64,000 bases of DNA from an uncultured Bacilli bacterium (lineage in GTDB: Bacteria > Bacillota_I > Bacilli_A > RF39 > UBA660): NCBI GenBank assembly GCA_934120015.1, contig CAKOTD010000001.1, forward strand, positions 64,836-128,835. The letters run 5' to 3'. Under the pieces are notes generated by a model, which saw only the letters and a program-made list of their open reading frames with translations, searched no databases and was not told the origin of the DNA. The position numbers were made by a program, and so were the translations under genes. Shown one piece after another: positions 43,440-52,767 of this stretch; position 1 is the first letter of the stretch, and each line of letters begins with the position of its first letter.

Positions 43440-45470
43440 TTATTCTTCTACATAATCACATTTACTGCATTTTATTTTTTCTTTTTTCTTTGTTAGCATA
43501 CTATTACATTCTGGACATAATCTTCCGATTGGTTCATCCCAATATGCTTCTTTACATTTAGGATAATTATCACAACCATAGAAAATTTTACCTCTTTTAC
43601 TTTTTTTCTCAACTATTTTACCATCACAAATTGGACAATTGCAAATTTCTACCTTTTCTTTTTCTTCCTGTTTTATATACTTACATTCTGGAAAATTACT
43701 ACATGCTGTAAATTTACCATATTTTCCTTTTCTAATTACAAGTGGGCTATTACAATTTGGACATAATTCTCCTGTTTCTTCAGGGGCCTTCTTCTCCATT
43801 TTATCAAAAGCTTCTTTTACAGCCGGTTCAAATTCATCATAAAATTTTGATAAAACTTGATACCATATTTCATCACCAGTTGCAATTTTATCAAGATCAT
43901 TTTCCATATTAGCTGTGTATTTAACATTTATCAAATGACTAAAGCATTCTTGCAATTTATCTGTAATTTCAATACCAATTTCGGTTGGAATAAACTTTTT
44001 ATCAACAATTGTTACATAACCCCTTGATTTTAAGGTATCCATTGTTTTTGCATATGTACTAGGTCTACCTATGCCAAGTTCTTCCATTTCTTTAATAAGT
44101 TTTGCTTCTGTATATCTAGCAGGGGGCTTCGTGAAATGTTGTTCTTTAGTTATCTCTTTTGCAACAATTACATTTGTTTTATATGTTTCAAATGATGGCA
44201 AGACATTATTTTCTACTTCTTCATAATCTTTATAGACTTTTAAATAACCATCAAATATTAATATTTGACCATTTACTTTAAATTTATAATCATTATTATC
44301 TAAAATAACAGTTGTATTACTTGTTTTGGCATCACTCATTAAACTGGCAAGTGCTCTATAATAAATCATTTTATAAAGTTTATATTCATCTGGTGTTAAA
44401 AATGGTTTAACACTTAGTGGATCTCTATTTATACTTGTTGGTCTAATTGCCTCATGAGCATCTTGAACATTTTCAGTTTTTTTATTAACTTTTACATTTC
44501 CTACATATTCCTTACCATATTTTGCTTCAATATATTTTAAGGTAGATCCTACAAACTCATTAGATAATCTTGTTGAATCAGTACGCATATATGTAATTAA
44601 ACCAACTGTCTCATCAGATAATTCTATACCTTCATATAACTTTTGAGCAATACTCATAGTTTTTTTGGCATTCATACCAAGTTTATTTGAAGCATCTTGC
44701 TGCATAGTACTAGTGATATATGGAAACTTAGATTTTTTCTTTTGCTCTTTTTTTGTTACATCTTCTATTTTAAATGAATTAGAAAGTTTATTTAATATTT
44801 TATTTGCCTCTATTTCATCTTTTATTTCAATATTTTTGTTCTTATAACCATAAAGATTAGCCGAAAAGTCATTAAAAGCAGCATCTATTGTCCAATATTC
44901 TTCTGAAACAAATTTTTCAATTTCTCTTTCCTTATCAACTACTAATTTTAGAGCTACACTTTGCACTCTACCAGCTGATGAACCATCCGTTTTAGCTTGC
45001 ATAAGTTTGCTTAGTCTAAAGCCAATAATTCTATCAAGAATTCTTCTTGTTTCCTGTGAATTTACTAAATCTTGATCAATTTTTCGTGCATGTTTAAAGG
45101 CCTCAACAACAGCATTTTTAGTAATTTCATTAAAAACTACTCTTTCACAATTCTTGTCATTTAAACCTAAACAATCATATAGATGCCATGAAATAGCTTC
45201 CCCTTCACGATCAGGGTCGGTTGCTAAATATACAAACTTTGCCTCTTTAGCGTCTTTTTTTAACTCATCAATAACCTTTTTTTTACCTTTTATAGTAACA
45301 TAATCCGGTTTAAAATTATTATCAACATCTACACCAAATCCATATTTTCCTTTAGTTGATAAATCTCTTATATGACCTTTACTTGATACTACATGATAAT
45401 CTTTACCTAAATACTTTTCAATAGGTTTTGTTTTACTAGGGGACTCAACTATAACTAAATTTTTTGCCAT
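43440..45470 (-). CDS. topA: DNA topoisomerase I
   Basis: Toprim region (LVIVESPSK). Active-site Tyr context ITYMRTDS. Three C-terminal C4 zinc-ribbon motifs. Confidence 0.95.
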   Translation of the reverse strand: MAKNLVIVESPSKTKPIEKYLGKDYHVVSSKGHIRDLSTKGKYGFGVDVDNNFKPDYVTIKGKKKVIDELKKDAKEAKFVYLATDPDREGEAISWHLYDCLGLNDKNCERVVFNEITKNAVVEAFKHARKIDQDLVNSQETRRILDRIIGFRLSKLMQAKTDGSSAGRVQSVALKLVVDKEREIEKFVSEEYWTIDAAFNDFSANLYGYKNKNIEIKDEIEANKILNKLSNSFKIEDVTKKEQKKKSKFPYITSTMQQDASNKLGMNAKKTMSIAQKLYEGIELSDETVGLITYMRTDSTRLSNEFVGSTLKYIEAKYGKEYVGNVKVNKKTENVQDAHEAIRPTSINRDPLSVKPFLTPDEYKLYKMIYYRALASLMSDAKTSNTTVILDNNDYKFKVNGQILIFDGYLKVYKDYEEVENNVLPSFETYKTNVIVAKEITKEQHFTKPPARYTEAKLIKEMEELGIGRPSTYAKTMDTLKSRGYVTIVDKKFIPTEIGIEITDKLQECFSHLINVKYTANMENDLDKIATGDEIWYQVLSKFYDEFEPAVKEAFDKMEKKAPEETGELCPNCNSPLVIRKGKYGKFTACSNFPECKYIKQEEKEKVEICNCPICDGKIVEKKSKRGKIFYGCDNYPKCKEAYWDEPIGRLCPECNSMLTKKKEKIKCSKCDYVEE

Positions 45471-45496
45471 AATCCACTTCCTTTTTTGCTGATTTA

Positions 45497-45525
45497 TTTA
45501 TACACTAATTTTTTTTAGTTGTCAA
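45497..45525 (-). promoter_or_regulatory. Predicted topA promoter
   Basis: On the minus strand TTGACA, a 17-nt spacer, then TATAAA. Confidence 0.5.
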
Positions 45526-45569
45526 GGAGTACTCATATATATAATACTATTCTTATAACAAAATTCCTT

Positions 45570-46508
45570 TTAAGTATATTTTCCACATTTGCTACCCCAA
45601 CAATCAACTAACTTTTGATTTCTATATATTCTTAGTATTTCACAATTATTTGTACACCCACTGCATTCAAACCCTTTAGTTTCAAATTTAACATCTAACA
45701 TCTTCAAATCATATACTTTATCTGTTTTATATTTTCGGGCAAGAATTGCAATACCAATTGCTCCCATTAAATGGCTATTTTTATCAACAATTATATCTTG
45801 ATTTAATATTTCTTTAAAATATTTTAAAACTCCAACATTCTTACTTACACCGCCTTGAAAAACGATTGGACCAACTATTTTCTTCCCTTTTCCAACATTA
45901 TTTAAATAATTAATAACAACACTTTTGCATAAACCAGCAACTATATCTTCTTTTTTATATCCAACTTGTGCTTTATGAACTAAATCAGATTCAGCAAAAA
46001 CTGTGCATCTAGCGGCAATCTTAGCAGGTGATTTTGATTGCAAAGCAAGATTTCCAAATTCATTAACATCTATACCTAATCTCTTAGCCTGACTTGATAA
46101 AAAAGAACCCGTACCTGCTGCACATAATGTATTCATTGAATAATCTGTAATAATACCATTTTTAATTAAAATTATTTTAGAGTCTTGACCACCTATTTCT
46201 AGGATTGTTCTAACATTTGGATAAAAAGCTAATGTACCTATTGCATGAGCTGTTATCTCATTTTTTACAATATTAGCGTCTAACATTATTCCAATTAGTT
46301 TTCTAGCACTCCCAGTTGTACCAATACCCTTGATAATCATATTAGGTGTTATTTTTTCTTTCAACTTAGATATTAATCTTTTAACTGCATCAATAGGATT
46401 TGCTTCAGTCCATATATATAAAGAATCAATAATATTATTATCATTATCAATGATTACGCCTTTAGTAGAAATGGAACCAATATCAATTCCTATGTAACAT
46501 TCTTTCAT
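45570..46508 (-). CDS. BcrAD/BadFG-family ATPase (HgdC-like activase) with Cys-rich C-terminal extension
   Basis: - Actin-fold phosphate motif IGIDIGSISTKG.
- Bridging-cluster Cys contexts NTLCAAGTG and ARCTVFAES.
- C-terminal FECSGCTNNCEILRIY...DCWGSKCGKY. Confidence 0.85.
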   Translation of the reverse strand: MKECYIGIDIGSISTKGVIIDNDNNIIDSLYIWTEANPIDAVKRLISKLKEKITPNMIIKGIGTTGSARKLIGIMLDANIVKNEITAHAIGTLAFYPNVRTILEIGGQDSKIILIKNGIITDYSMNTLCAAGTGSFLSSQAKRLGIDVNEFGNLALQSKSPAKIAARCTVFAESDLVHKAQVGYKKEDIVAGLCKSVVINYLNNVGKGKKIVGPIVFQGGVSKNVGVLKYFKEILNQDIIVDKNSHLMGAIGIAILARKYKTDKVYDLKMLDVKFETKGFECSGCTNNCEILRIYRNQKLVDCWGSKCGKYT

Positions 46509-47586
46509 TACTTTTCCTCATTTCTATCATATCATAAAATGCCTCTATTCTTGTTTTTATTCCAACCTCAGATGTATTAGAATCAAAACTAAAGAAAATA
46601 ACCGGTACATCATAATCACTACATACTTTATTAATAATCGGCATAGCACCTATTTCTGGGGTACAAAAAGCTGATTTTATATGTATAATACCATCATATT
46701 TATTTTCACATAGATACTTAGCTCTTGCTACATTATCTGCAGCATCTGCACCCATACGATATTTAATATACTCACTTGCATATTTTAGATATTTCTTAAC
46801 CTTTCGTGATTTTTCAAATACCAAGTAGTAAACATTTGTAAATCGTTTTATCTCTATATTATATGAAGCCAGTAACTTTTCTAAATAATAATTGGAAAAG
46901 GGCTCCATTATTGTATATAATTCACCTATTATCCCTACTTTAAGACAATTTTTAGGCTTTGATATTTTTATTTTTTTAAATAATTTAAAGTACTTTTTAT
47001 ATAGTATTTTTAAATCTATAAGTCCCTTTGCTTTACTAAATGAAATAAGCATTTCACTTTGTAACTTTTCAAAACTTCCACTTTCTTTTTCAAATCCTAT
47101 ATTTGCTCTTATATAATGATCTATTTTATCCATATACTTAACCATTTGTTTAGCAATCATTAAATAGTATAATGATTTAATCTTTTTAAATTTTGGGTTT
47201 ATCTTCTTCATACATTGTACTATATGTTTAACATCATTTTTCCCGGCACTTACTAAATTATAATACTCAAAATCATAACCTAAATCTTTTAATATTTTTT
47301 CTTGTAGTTCACTATAATATCCATATCTACACCCACCACCTGCTTGAATTAAAACGTTTGCTCCCATATCGAGACATTCTATAAATGTACCAAGTGTATA
47401 CTTAAAGGGGGTACAAACAAAATCAGGACTATATTTAGTTCCAAGTTCAATAGTTTTGTTACTTATAAATGGTGCATCAATAATTTTGCAAGATAAAATA
47501 TGTTCAAATAAATATTTAACAGGTACAAAATAATTTCCCATCTGTGGGAATGCTACTACTTTTTTATTGCTCAAGAATATCAACAA
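46483..47586 (-). CDS. Activase-associated DUF2229 / 2-hydroxyacyl-CoA-dehydratase-like subunit
   Basis: 367 aa with conserved Cys contexts DFVCTPFK, GGGCRYG and SAFCTPE. The start codon is uncertain (TTG at 47586 or ATG at 47541). It overlaps both neighbours. Confidence 0.7.
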   Translation of the reverse strand: MLIFLSNKKVVAFPQMGNYFVPVKYLFEHILSCKIIDAPFISNKTIELGTKYSPDFVCTPFKYTLGTFIECLDMGANVLIQAGGGCRYGYYSELQEKILKDLGYDFEYYNLVSAGKNDVKHIVQCMKKINPKFKKIKSLYYLMIAKQMVKYMDKIDHYIRANIGFEKESGSFEKLQSEMLISFSKAKGLIDLKILYKKYFKLFKKIKISKPKNCLKVGIIGELYTIMEPFSNYYLEKLLASYNIEIKRFTNVYYLVFEKSRKVKKYLKYASEYIKYRMGADAADNVARAKYLCENKYDGIIHIKSAFCTPEIGAMPIINKVCSDYDVPVIFFSFDSNTSEVGIKTRIEAFYDMIEMRKSNERMLHRN

Positions 47587-48460
47587 AACTTTCTAATCTA
47601 GTTTTTATACCTGTTAAAGAATCCATATCATCAACTATTAAATTTAAATATGGTTTATCTATTTTCCGCATAACTAATTCATTAACCAAAGAATCAAGCC
47701 CACAAGGAAAAGTTGTGAAAAAAATAATTCCATCTATACTACCTTTTACCAGCTCAATTGACCCAATACTTTCTTTTGGATATTTAAAGTAAATATTTTT
47801 CGATAAATTGTAAGCTAGTTTATTAGTTAATTTCGTACAAAAACGATCTGAATAAATAATATCTACCCCCAATTCGTTTAAATAATTTATAACTGGCTGT
47901 CCAATGTAATCATCATAAATTGTATATTTGTGCGCAACTAACAAAATTTTTTTTCTACTATCATTTAATTTATTATTATTTTCTTTTATCAAATTTTTCT
48001 CTAAATCATCAGAATATTCTTTGCATTTATTATAAGCTTTTACTACACTTTCTTTCTCAATTCCTAAAATTTTTCCAATTTTTAAAAATCCATTTAACTC
48101 ATCTTGATCATTATTTATGTCTATATTATAATCAATTATTTTTACATCAAATAAATTATTGACAATATCATAGATAGCTAAAAAATTAGTACAAGTTTGA
48201 TCAAATGTTCCATAATTATCAATTCTAGGGATTAAAATATAATCACATTTATCTTTTAGATAATCAACATGTCCAAGATAAATTTTAAGTGGAAGACACA
48301 TCTCATCATTTGCAAGCATATTTCCTGCTTCTACAATATTTTTATCGGTTGGTGGGCTTTTAATAATTTCTATATTTAGAATTTCAAAAAATTTTTCCCA
48401 TTTACTACCAAAATAATAATAACTAAGAGCTCTTGGAATTCCAATTTTAATCTTGTCCAT
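47564..48460 (-). CDS. Activase-associated DUF2229-type subunit
   Basis: 298 aa. N-terminal IGIPRALSYYYFGSKWEKFF and Cys contexts DEMCLPLK and FPCGLDS, as in acyl-CoA dehydratase activase-related proteins. Confidence 0.7.
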   Translation of the reverse strand: MDKIKIGIPRALSYYYFGSKWEKFFEILNIEIIKSPPTDKNIVEAGNMLANDEMCLPLKIYLGHVDYLKDKCDYILIPRIDNYGTFDQTCTNFLAIYDIVNNLFDVKIIDYNIDINNDQDELNGFLKIGKILGIEKESVVKAYNKCKEYSDDLEKNLIKENNNKLNDSRKKILLVAHKYTIYDDYIGQPVINYLNELGVDIIYSDRFCTKLTNKLAYNLSKNIYFKYPKESIGSIELVKGSIDGIIFFTTFPCGLDSLVNELVMRKIDKPYLNLIVDDMDSLTGIKTRLESFVDILEQ

Positions 48461-48545
48461 AATATCACCTAAATAATACTATTACTAAAATTAGTATTTA
48501 TGAATAATTTAGTATATATTTACCAAAATATAAATGGTGATAAAT

Positions 48546-48704
48546 ATGGAAAAACAAAAAATTAATTGTAATGTTCATGACTGTAAATTTTGTGATTGTG
48601 GTTGTGATGAATGTACTTTGAAGAAAATAAAAGTATGTAATTGTAATTGTAATCAAGACAAACAATCTACAATGTGTGATAGTTATGAATGTAAAGAAAA
48701 TTAG
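48546..48704 (+). CDS. Unlisted 52-aa Cys-rich protein (13 Cys), DUF1540-like pattern
   Basis: My own translation is MEKQKINCNVHDCKFCDCGCDECTLKKIKVCNCNCNQDKQSTMCDSYECKEN. GGTGA lies upstream of the ATG and a terminator follows immediately. It falls below the length of every ORF in the supplied track. Confidence 0.6.
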   Translation: MEKQKINCNVHDCKFCDCGCDECTLKKIKVCNCNCNQDKQSTMCDSYECKEN

Positions 48705-48723
48705 GTTTCCCTAATTTTTTTAT
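48699..48723 (+). terminator. Rho-independent terminator after the Cys-rich ORF
   Basis: AATTAGG-TTTC-CCTAATT followed by TTTTTTT. It overlaps the TAG stop. Confidence 0.7.
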
Positions 48724-48787
48724 TTTTATCCTTGTATTACAAATAACACTTGTGATATAATAATCTAATTTCCTAAGGAGTGATTTT

Positions 48788-50038
48788 ATGCTACTAAAAG
48801 AGTTAACTAATGAACAATTTAATAACTTTACTGAAAAATTCAAAGATAAATCTATATATCAAACCGTAGAATATGCTTTTGTTATGAATAAACAAAATTT
48901 TGATAGTCTTTTTCTAGGGATGTTTGATTCTAACAATACAATTGTTGCTGCAACTTTACTTTTAATTGAAAAAAGATTTGGATTTAAATATGCTTATGCT
49001 CCACGAGGTTTTTTAATAGATTACAATAATAAAGAATATTTAAATGAATTTACAAAATTAATTAAAAAATATTTAGGTAAACAAGATATTATAGCTGTTA
49101 AAATTACACCTATGATATATAAAGAAAAAAGAAATAATGAAAATATAGTTACAGTTACTAATGAAAATTTTGAAGAGACATTAAAATTTTTAAAATCAAA
49201 AAAATATTATCATTTAGGATTTAACAATTCATTTGAAGCATTAAAACCCCGTTTTGAGGCAATTATACCTTTAAATAAAAACTATATAGAAATATTTAAT
49301 AAACTTCCTAAAACATTAAAAACAAAAATTAGAAGTGCAGAAAAAAGTGGGATTGTAATTCATAAAGGGAATAAAGATAATTTAGGTTATCTTTATCTTC
49401 AAACAAAAAAGAAATATCCTAGAGATTTAGAATACTTTAATGATTGTTATGATTTTTTTAATAAAAATAAAAAGGCTGAATTTTACTATGCTAAGATAGA
49501 TACATCAATATTTTTAAACAAAGCACGTTATGAATATCAGAAATGTTTAGAGCAGAATAATAAAATAAATGAAGAATTACTTGAAAATAAACAAAGTAAT
49601 GTTAAATTTATTCAAAAGAAAATGGAATATGATAAATTATTAAATGAAGTTAAAAACGATTTAATAACTGCAACTGCATTAAATAGACAATTTCCAAATG
49701 GAATTGTAATTGCCTCTGTAATTATTATTAAACACGCTAATACAGCAACTTTACTAATTGATGGTTATGATACTAATTATAAAAAATTCAATGGTAAACA
49801 CTTGCTTATTTGGAAACTTATTCAAACCTTTGCTAGTGAAGGTATAACAGAATTTAATCTAGGTGGTATAAACAATCCTAATGATATGAATGAAAAATAC
49901 AAAGGCCTAACTGAATTTAAATTAAGCTTTGGTGCTGAAAGTGTAGAATATATCGGTGATTTGGAATTAATTACAAACACTCCATTATATTTTATGTATC
50001 GTAATTCTGCACCAATTAGAAAGATATTAAAAAAATGA
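48788..50038 (+). CDS. FemAB-family peptidoglycan interpeptide-bridge aminoacyltransferase
   Basis: 416 aa. N-terminal YQTVEYA...KYAYAPRGFLIDY, a central coiled-coil insert, and a second GNAT-like lobe. Promoter TTGTAT-18-TATAAT and RBS AAGGAG. Confidence 0.85.
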   Translation: MLLKELTNEQFNNFTEKFKDKSIYQTVEYAFVMNKQNFDSLFLGMFDSNNTIVAATLLLIEKRFGFKYAYAPRGFLIDYNNKEYLNEFTKLIKKYLGKQDIIAVKITPMIYKEKRNNENIVTVTNENFEETLKFLKSKKYYHLGFNNSFEALKPRFEAIIPLNKNYIEIFNKLPKTLKTKIRSAEKSGIVIHKGNKDNLGYLYLQTKKKYPRDLEYFNDCYDFFNKNKKAEFYYAKIDTSIFLNKARYEYQKCLEQNNKINEELLENKQSNVKFIQKKMEYDKLLNEVKNDLITATALNRQFPNGIVIASVIIIKHANTATLLIDGYDTNYKKFNGKHLLIWKLIQTFASEGITEFNLGGINNPNDMNEKYKGLTEFKLSFGAESVEYIGDLELITNTPLYFMYRNSAPIRKILKK

Positions 50039-50045
50039 TCAACGA

Positions 50046-51359
50046 TCATTTTTTTCTTATATTATTTATAATTTGTTCAAAATGCATTCCTCTTGAGGCT
50101 TTTAGTGCTAATACTTTATTTTTTAAATTCATTTCATTAAGGTATTTTAATAACTCATTATTATTAGAAAAATATAAGCTATTTTTACATTTTTTGTGTG
50201 CATAATACATATATTTGCCAACAAATATTACATTTTCAATATTTCTTTTACATGCATATTTTCCTATTCTTCTATGAATGGATTTTGAAAATTTACCAAG
50301 TTCTAAGATATCACCAAGAATTAAAATCTTTTCTTGTTTATATGATGGTAAAATATCTATAAATCCTAATACTGCCTCATAATTAGCATTATAACAATCA
50401 TCAATAATAGTAATGTCATTTTTCTTTATAATATTTAGACGGTTATTTAACGGTTTGTAATTATATATTGCTTTTTGAATGTTTTTAATATCTATATTTT
50501 CTAATAAACCTATTTTAATAGCTAACAAACAATTATTTACTAAATGTTTTCCAGGAACATTTAATGTAAAATCATATTCATTATTATTTATTAAAATACT
50601 AAATTTAGTTTTATCTAACCTACTATATATTTTAGTTACAATTAAGTCATTAACAATAATCTTATTATTTTTACTTTTAATTTTTTTTAATAATTTATTA
50701 TTATTTATAATCAGACTACCATTATTCATTCCATCTAATATTTCTTTTTTGGCTTTGAAAATTTTTCGTTTACTTCCAAGATTACCAATATGTGCTGTCC
50801 CTATATTTGTTATTACTCCAAGATCAGGTTTAACTAATTTTGATAAATTTGATATTTCACCGATATGATTCATACCAATTTCAATAACACTATATTGATA
50901 ATCATTGTTTAATGAAGTAAGTGTCATAGGGACGCCTATATGATTATTCATATTTCCATTACTTTTATGAACATTATACTTTGTAGACAATACATCATAA
51001 ACCAATTCCTTAGTCATCGTTTTTCCTACACTACCTGTTATAGCCACCATTTTCCCATTAAACTTGCTACGATAAAAAGAACTTATATCAAAAAGGGCCT
51101 TTAAAGAATCTTTTACATATATTATTGGAATATCTGTTTCTAAATTAATTTTTTCCATTACTACTATAGCACTTGGTCTTCTTTTTATAACCTCATTTAA
51201 AAAATCATGGGCATCATATTTTTTACCCTTTATTGCTACGAATAAGTCCCCTCTATGAACACTTTTACTATTAATCACTATATGTTTTATAGATTTATTA
51301 TGGTTACAATTATTTAATAATGTCCCATTTATAATATTAATTAAATCTGATACTCTCAT
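50046..51359 (-). CDS. murF: UDP-N-acetylmuramoyl-tripeptide--D-alanyl-D-alanine ligase
   Basis: ITGSVGKTMTKE P-loop, NMNNHIGVPMTL and EIGMNHIGEI...ITNIGTAH motifs. Confidence 0.9.
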   Translation of the reverse strand: MRVSDLINIINGTLLNNCNHNKSIKHIVINSKSVHRGDLFVAIKGKKYDAHDFLNEVIKRRPSAIVVMEKINLETDIPIIYVKDSLKALFDISSFYRSKFNGKMVAITGSVGKTMTKELVYDVLSTKYNVHKSNGNMNNHIGVPMTLTSLNNDYQYSVIEIGMNHIGEISNLSKLVKPDLGVITNIGTAHIGNLGSKRKIFKAKKEILDGMNNGSLIINNNKLLKKIKSKNNKIIVNDLIVTKIYSRLDKTKFSILINNNEYDFTLNVPGKHLVNNCLLAIKIGLLENIDIKNIQKAIYNYKPLNNRLNIIKKNDITIIDDCYNANYEAVLGFIDILPSYKQEKILILGDILELGKFSKSIHRRIGKYACKRNIENVIFVGKYMYYAHKKCKNSLYFSNNNELLKYLNEMNLKNKVLALKASRGMHFEQIINNIRKK

Positions 51360-51958
51360 TTATGTACCCCCTTACAAGCTAAAATAAAAGAATCAAATAA
51401 ATTTTTACTATTAATGTCATTTAAACTTTCAGGATGCCACTGAACCCCTATAAAAAACGGATAATTTTTTAGTTCAACAGCTTCTATAATTCCATCTTCA
51501 CTAATTGCTGATACAAACATATTTGTACCCTTTATATTATCTTTATGTCTACTATTAACCATTATTGTTTTATTACCTAAAATATTATATAATTTACTAT
51601 TACTATCAATATTAATACTATGGACATATTCTGCGCTACTTAAATGTTTAAGATTATGCATTTCATTTAAGGTTCCACCAATACTTACTGCCATTGTCTG
51701 CATTCCCAAACATATTCCAAGTACACACTTTTTAATATCAATCAATTTTTTCATTAAATCTAAATCATAATTAGTAAATTCATCTCCACCCTGAAAAATA
51801 AAACCATCACATAAAGTAATAATTTCATCGGTAATATTATTACTTTGATATATTCCTATTGGAATACCTCCGCTCTGAATGACATAATTTAATACTTCAT
51901 TTTTCAAAAAACTTCTTGAATCATCAAGGCGCATAATTATACCAACAATAGGTTTCAA
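51356..51958 (-). CDS. Class-I glutamine amidotransferase-like / peptidase C26 (PuuD-like gamma-glutamyl hydrolase family)
   Basis: Nucleophile context GICLGMQ, His context GVQWHPES, DGIIEAVE. Its stop overlaps the murF start (ATGA). Confidence 0.85.
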   Translation of the reverse strand: MKPIVGIIMRLDDSRSFLKNEVLNYVIQSGGIPIGIYQSNNITDEIITLCDGFIFQGGDEFTNYDLDLMKKLIDIKKCVLGICLGMQTMAVSIGGTLNEMHNLKHLSSAEYVHSINIDSNSKLYNILGNKTIMVNSRHKDNIKGTNMFVSAISEDGIIEAVELKNYPFFIGVQWHPESLNDINSKNLFDSFILACKGVHK

Positions 51959-51991
51959 AAATATCCTCCTTAAAAAATAAAAGTATATGGT

Positions 51992-52219
51992 TTAGTCCAT
52001 ATACTTATTCATTGATTTCATCATTTGATTAACTTGCTTTTGACTTGGTGTTCTACCCATTTGTGTCATCATAGCTTTAATCATTTGTTCATTAATAGGT
52101 GGATTTTTCTTCATATATTTTTTCATATATTTACGGGCAATAAAAAACCCTATTACTGCACCTACAATTAATCCCCCTAAAACTTTTAATAAATCTAATA
52201 GGAATGCTACCCAATTCAT
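51992..52219 (-). CDS. yneF: UPF0154 / YneF-family small membrane protein
   Basis: I moved the start to [52 protein letters not shown] closely resembles YneF. Confidence 0.85.
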   Translation of the reverse strand: MNWVAFLLDLLKVLGGLIVGAVIGFFIARKYMKKYMKKNPPINEQMIKAMMTQMGRTPSQKQVNQMMKSMNKYMD

Positions 52220-52272
52220 TTTATCAATCCTTCCTACTAACATTTTACTAAAAAATCATCAATAATACAAGA

Positions 52273-52716
52273 CTATATTAAATTATATTGTTCAAAAAAT
52301 TTATTATTACTAAAGCTCTGATTATTCCAAAAATAATCTCCATTTTCGAAATCACAAATAAAAATTCTTGGATTATAATAATTTAATAATCTGAGGATTT
52401 TTGGTAAATTATTTTCACATAAAATAATTATACATGCATGTCTAATTTCTATTATATAGCATTCATGTTCATACATATCTTGAACAATATATTTTTTCCC
52501 TCTTTTTTTTACATGAATTGGTATTTTATCAAAGTAATTTGTTAATACATCATAATTAAAAATGTCACATAGTTGATTATATATAGAAATACCATATGAA
52601 AAATCCCGATGTTTTAAATTATACAGATTTTCTAAAGTTTTATATAAAATTTCACTATTATTATGATAAGAATAATATGAGTTCTTGCTTATTCCAAATA
52701 AATAATATTTACGCAT
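52273..52716 (-). CDS. Hypothetical protein, possible SirA (YneE)-like sporulation inhibitor of replication
   Basis: 147 aa at the position of sirA in the B. subtilis tkt-sirA-yneF order. Its N-terminal MRKYY and C-terminal ICDFENGDYFWNN loosely resemble my recollection of SirA. Unverified. Confidence 0.35.
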   Translation of the reverse strand: MRKYYLFGISKNSYYSYHNNSEILYKTLENLYNLKHRDFSYGISIYNQLCDIFNYDVLTNYFDKIPIHVKKRGKKYIVQDMYEHECYIIEIRHACIIILCENNLPKILRLLNYYNPRIFICDFENGDYFWNNQSFSNNKFFEQYNLI

Positions 52717-52767
52717 AAAAAATCACCCATTTTTTTATACCATATTAGAATAGGTGATTTTGTCAAA

